Origin: Paraphysomonas bandaiensis
Lineage: Eukaryota > Protista > Chrysophyceae
Length of the DNA stretch: 37,075 nucleotides
Assembly (NCBI GenBank): GCA_965644295.1
Contig: CBFFRP010000229.1
Location: 1 to 37,075 of the forward strand
Direction: 5' to 3'
The notes below the pieces were generated by a model. That model did no database searches. It was not told the DNA's origin and saw only the letters and a program-made list of their open reading frames with translations. Below are positions 34,705 to 37,075 of the stretch, piece by piece (position 1 is the stretch's first letter; every line of letters begins with the position of its first letter). The translations under genes and the position numbers were made by a program.

Positions 34705-36457
34705 TATATGAAAGTCTGATTATTACATGAGTACGGTTGCGTACAGAAACTAGTTTATGTCTATAGACTACTAGCTAATAACTAGATTTGCTATATACTA
34801 CTAGTGGCGGGCAACCGTCTCGGGACTGCTTGTGCATCGCTGCGAGCACCATGGTGCAACCGTCCCTTGTAGTGAGGTTAGTCGGGGTTCTACCTTTGGG
34901 CAATGTGTCTGGCGGGCCTGTGCCATGGATTATGTGGGGGGTGGGTGAGGCGAGATGTATATGAGAGTGCAAGTCGGTGGTGGAGATGGTGCTGGTTGTT
35001 GAGGTGGGGTTTCGGCCACAAGTAAGGAGGAGTTGTTTCCGGAGTGGTTGCGCTTGCCTCTGTCGGGTCTGGGCTCTTGCAGAGAGTTTAGTTCGTGGGG
35101 TGGATGTCGCCTGGAGTAGCTGGAGTACTTTTGGTGTCGGGTGGGTATCCTGGGGCTGGCGTTGCTTTGCGTTTGTCGGGACCGGTGTCGCCTGTGCCGT
35201 GTCTACGTTGTGGTGTCTGTGTCCCCTATTGCGAAGCATGCGGAGCCCTCCATCATATAGGGGAAGTAGGATAGAGGCGATGGATTTTTCTAGGGCGTGG
35301 AATTGATGTTCGAGCAGTGAGCTGGATATGTGGCGTCCGAATGCGTCGGCCATTTGTGTGGCAGTAATGTGGCCGGTCCAGTAGCGCTCAACCTGGGGGT
35401 GGTTGGGTTCCATGCCGCTTTGGCTAGTTTGGTTATGGCGGTGTAAAACCAGGGATGGGGGAGCGTGCGTGTGCGAAGTTTGTCAAGCTTATTGTGGTGT
35501 GCTTGGTGGACATCTTCACGTATGTGAATGATGTCAGGGTGAGTGCAGGTGAGAAGCATGTGCGCCATGTTGTCTGTGGGGTGTGCACAGTCTGCGCTTG
35601 TGGAAGCCGTTGTGCGATCATGTCCGGATTTTCCTTTGGCTCGGTTTCTACCCATTGCAAAGGATTTGTCCCAGACGTATGCCGTCTCGCGTATACGCTC
35701 TGCGAGGGGGATGTAGTGTTTGGAGGAGTTATGGGTACGGAGGGGATGGAGCTTGTGTGGGAGCCTTGTTCCGCTGCGTGTCCAATACTGCGGGTCTCGT
35801 TGCGTTTGTGCAGCATACATGCTATCTCGTCGGAGGGTGTATTGATGGAGGTCCCACTGGTGGTGGAGATCTGTAACGTCTCCTAGCATAGGACCGAGGT
35901 CTGTGAGGAGGTGTATATCGTATCTACGCCAGTGCCATTGACCCGTGGTGAAGAATTCTTCCAGTATGTGCGTAGCGTCAGTTGTGACAACACTGTAGTT
36001 GGAGGCTCCGAGCACTTTGTCTATAGTGTCTTCCAATCGCCGCTGGCGGCGGCGTCAGCTATATAAATGCCGTGGTCAGTGTAGGTCCAGTTGCTTTGAT
36101 CTTGTGTTCTACGTTCGGGGTGCGAGCGCATCCATTGTATTGGACGCTGTTTAAGAGCTGTGGTGTGGCGAGGCATTCGTAAAATATTCCCTGGGGCTTT
36201 GTTCCGAGGGCGCGCCGTCTGTGTGAGAGGGCCTCTTTGGTCCGCGTCTGTACCGCCTGGCAGTCAGTCCAGATTGGCACGGAAGAGTGGAGTACATTGG
36301 AGAATGTCAGTGCTGCTGACATTGCAAGGGTTTCGTAGGTGTAGGCGTTGAGGCCAGGCGCTGTGTGCTGTGGTGCCGTAAGTTGTAGGATTTTGGTTTG
36401 TCTGTGACCCCAGGTGTTCTTGGGCGGGAGCCATACAATTGCAGCTCCTCCGTCGTG
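34705..36457 (-). mobile_element. 5'-truncated, frameshifted non-LTR retrotransposon (RNase H + C-terminal zinc knuckle + 3' UTR)
   Basis: 15-bp TSD TGAATACTGCATATA at 34690-34704 and 36458-36472. RNase H motifs GGAAIV, YETLAM, IWTDCQAV and, after a frameshift, WMRSH...GIYIADAAA. Zinc-knuckle remnant C-x8-H-x4-C (CAHPTDNMAHMLLTC). GC-rich relative to its flanks; at least 3 frameshifts. Confidence 0.9.
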
Positions 36458-36711
36458 TGAATACTGCATATACGCCTATACTTGACTCATATCATAGGCT
36501 CTAGACTCTAGAGTATTAATTACGTAGTTGTATTCTAGTACGTAGTATTCTCTGGGTACAACTGTTAGAGTTTACTGAACGGGAAATGCAATTCAATCTA
36601 GTCAAATTTGTTAAATTTTCTACTCAGACTAAAATAAGATTCGTGTAAAAACGTAAAAACCTAGTCAAAGTAATAAATATTCAAGTTAGCCAATGTTATT
36701 TATGTATATAT

Positions 36712-36786
36712 AAAAGTCTTATTGTTAGCAATAGGCATCGAGAATCTGCACCAGCTAAGTAGCTAGATGAAAAATGAGTCAAGCTA
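36712..36786 (-). mobile_element. Short 3'-terminal fragment of the repeat family
   Basis: AGTCTTATTGTTAGCAATA...GCACCAG...GTAGCTAGATGAAAA...GTCAAGCTA matches the reverse complement of ~1488-1550. Confidence 0.75.
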
Positions 36787-37075
36787 TTTTCGTTATCAAC
36801 CTAGCTACGCATTATAGATTATAGACCACTGAAATCACACAGCAGGTAAAGTGAAACTAATCAGCATAGATTAGGTCAAAACAAAAAAAAGAGAAATATA
36901 GCTTTTTTTCACTAAACTAGCAAGCTAGCTATGAGCTTGTTGACGCAATTTAAGGAGACGTACTTAAGTGTACTATGTCCTTGCACTTAACAAAGATATA
37001 TATGTTGACTAATGACCATTTTCAGATGATTAAGATCGTTGTAAGAGAAGTTTAAGTTAGTCAAACTAGATAGAT

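Overview
Eukaryotic nuclear DNA with short (~44-82 nt) GT-AG introns. The organism is probably a plastid-bearing stramenopile (ochrophyte): one gene has a signal peptide + 'AA-F' + Ser/Arg-rich bipartite presequence. Seven protein genes were assembled by hand: a divergent myosin with ~10 IQ motifs and an RCC1 tail, an SFT2-like vesicle protein, a ~2,500-aa orphan, an aldo-keto reductase, an EF-hand protein with a CEP164-type WW module, a TOM1/GPR137-like 7TM protein, and a small putative plastid membrane protein. Six of them form three divergent pairs, and a YACAGCAG motif recurs upstream of the genes. The retroelements and hAT pieces all lie downstream of genes. The most interesting signal is a retroelement partnership. 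A 5'-truncated, RNase H-bearing LINE (34705-36457, perfect 15-bp TSD) shares two things with an 8-copy, ~0.5-0.6 kb non-coding repeat family: a covarying three-way-junction RNA element and the 3' terminus. The repeat family has no tRNA head, but it does carry an imperfect HDV-ribozyme-like fold at a defined 5' end. Two copies of the family have been independently hit by a hAT DNA transposon. There is also a perfect 730-bp tandem duplication ending at the myosin stop codon, two small inverted-repeat elements and a (GTAT)~40 microsatellite. All calls come from reading the sequence; no database searches were run.
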